A stretch of 64,000 bases of DNA from Octopus vulgaris (taxonomy: Eukaryota), in NCBI GenBank assembly GCA_951406725.2, contig OX597815.1:205840001-205904000 (forward strand). Direction: 5' to 3'. A program made the position numbers and the translations under genes. Each line of letters begins with the position of its first letter. Position 1 is the first letter of the stretch. The notes beneath the pieces are model-generated. The model searched no databases. It was not told where the DNA came from and saw only the letters and a list, made by a program, of their open reading frames with translations. Below are positions 63,675 through 64,000 of the stretch, piece after piece.

Positions 63675-64000
63675 TACCTCTAGAGAAAAAAAGACTGTTA
63701 ATGCTTATTTTATGGTGTGTGAATGTATCTGGATATCCATAAATGTTTACATGTGATTTAATTACATTGTGTATATGCATGAATATAACTTTGCTAATAT
63801 CTAACGTTTATGTAAATATTTAAACGATTGATTAGATTTATATGTGTATTTGAGTTTGCTTTTAATAATTAGGTACATGAAATAGTGATATTTCTATAAG
63901 TAATAAATTAGACTGTAATGTGGTGGGAAATCAACAACTGAAAACTAACTCAAGTGACTCTTGTAACTGTTTGCCTTTAGCAGTGTTTCATTAACGAGCT

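Overview
AT-rich eukaryotic (animal) genomic DNA, not prokaryotic. The repeat content matches a coleoid cephalopod, most likely Octopus: three tRNA-derived SINE families (one with a Meta-type domain), abundant RTE-LINE 3' ends with (GAT)n tails, TTAA-flanked piggyBac-type MITEs, Helitrons and long (TA)n/(TG)n/(CAT)n tracts. Nearly all ORFs in the supplied track are read-throughs of repeats. The only host-gene signal is a CpG-richer island at ~33.0-34.1 kb that looks like a divergent promoter. It appears to drive (i) a minus-strand protein-coding gene (first coding exon MSVSSELDVENLGGQIPQPHYR, an in-frame 49-nt exon, a candidate alternative first exon and short uORFs), whose body probably lies left of the window, and (ii) a possible plus-strand spliced transcript. 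I cannot name either product. Everything else is intron-like sequence with transposon fossils: mariner, RTE, CR1, R4/Dong, Penelope-like, LTR, hAT and Helitron. The most notable structures are a 5'-inverted (twin-priming-type) RTE insertion with a 13-bp TSD, two templated inverted duplications, two long fold-back hairpins, a modular hairpin array in the RTE 3' UTR and a degenerate hammerhead-like motif. I found no demonstrably new biological system; candidates are ranked in the findings.
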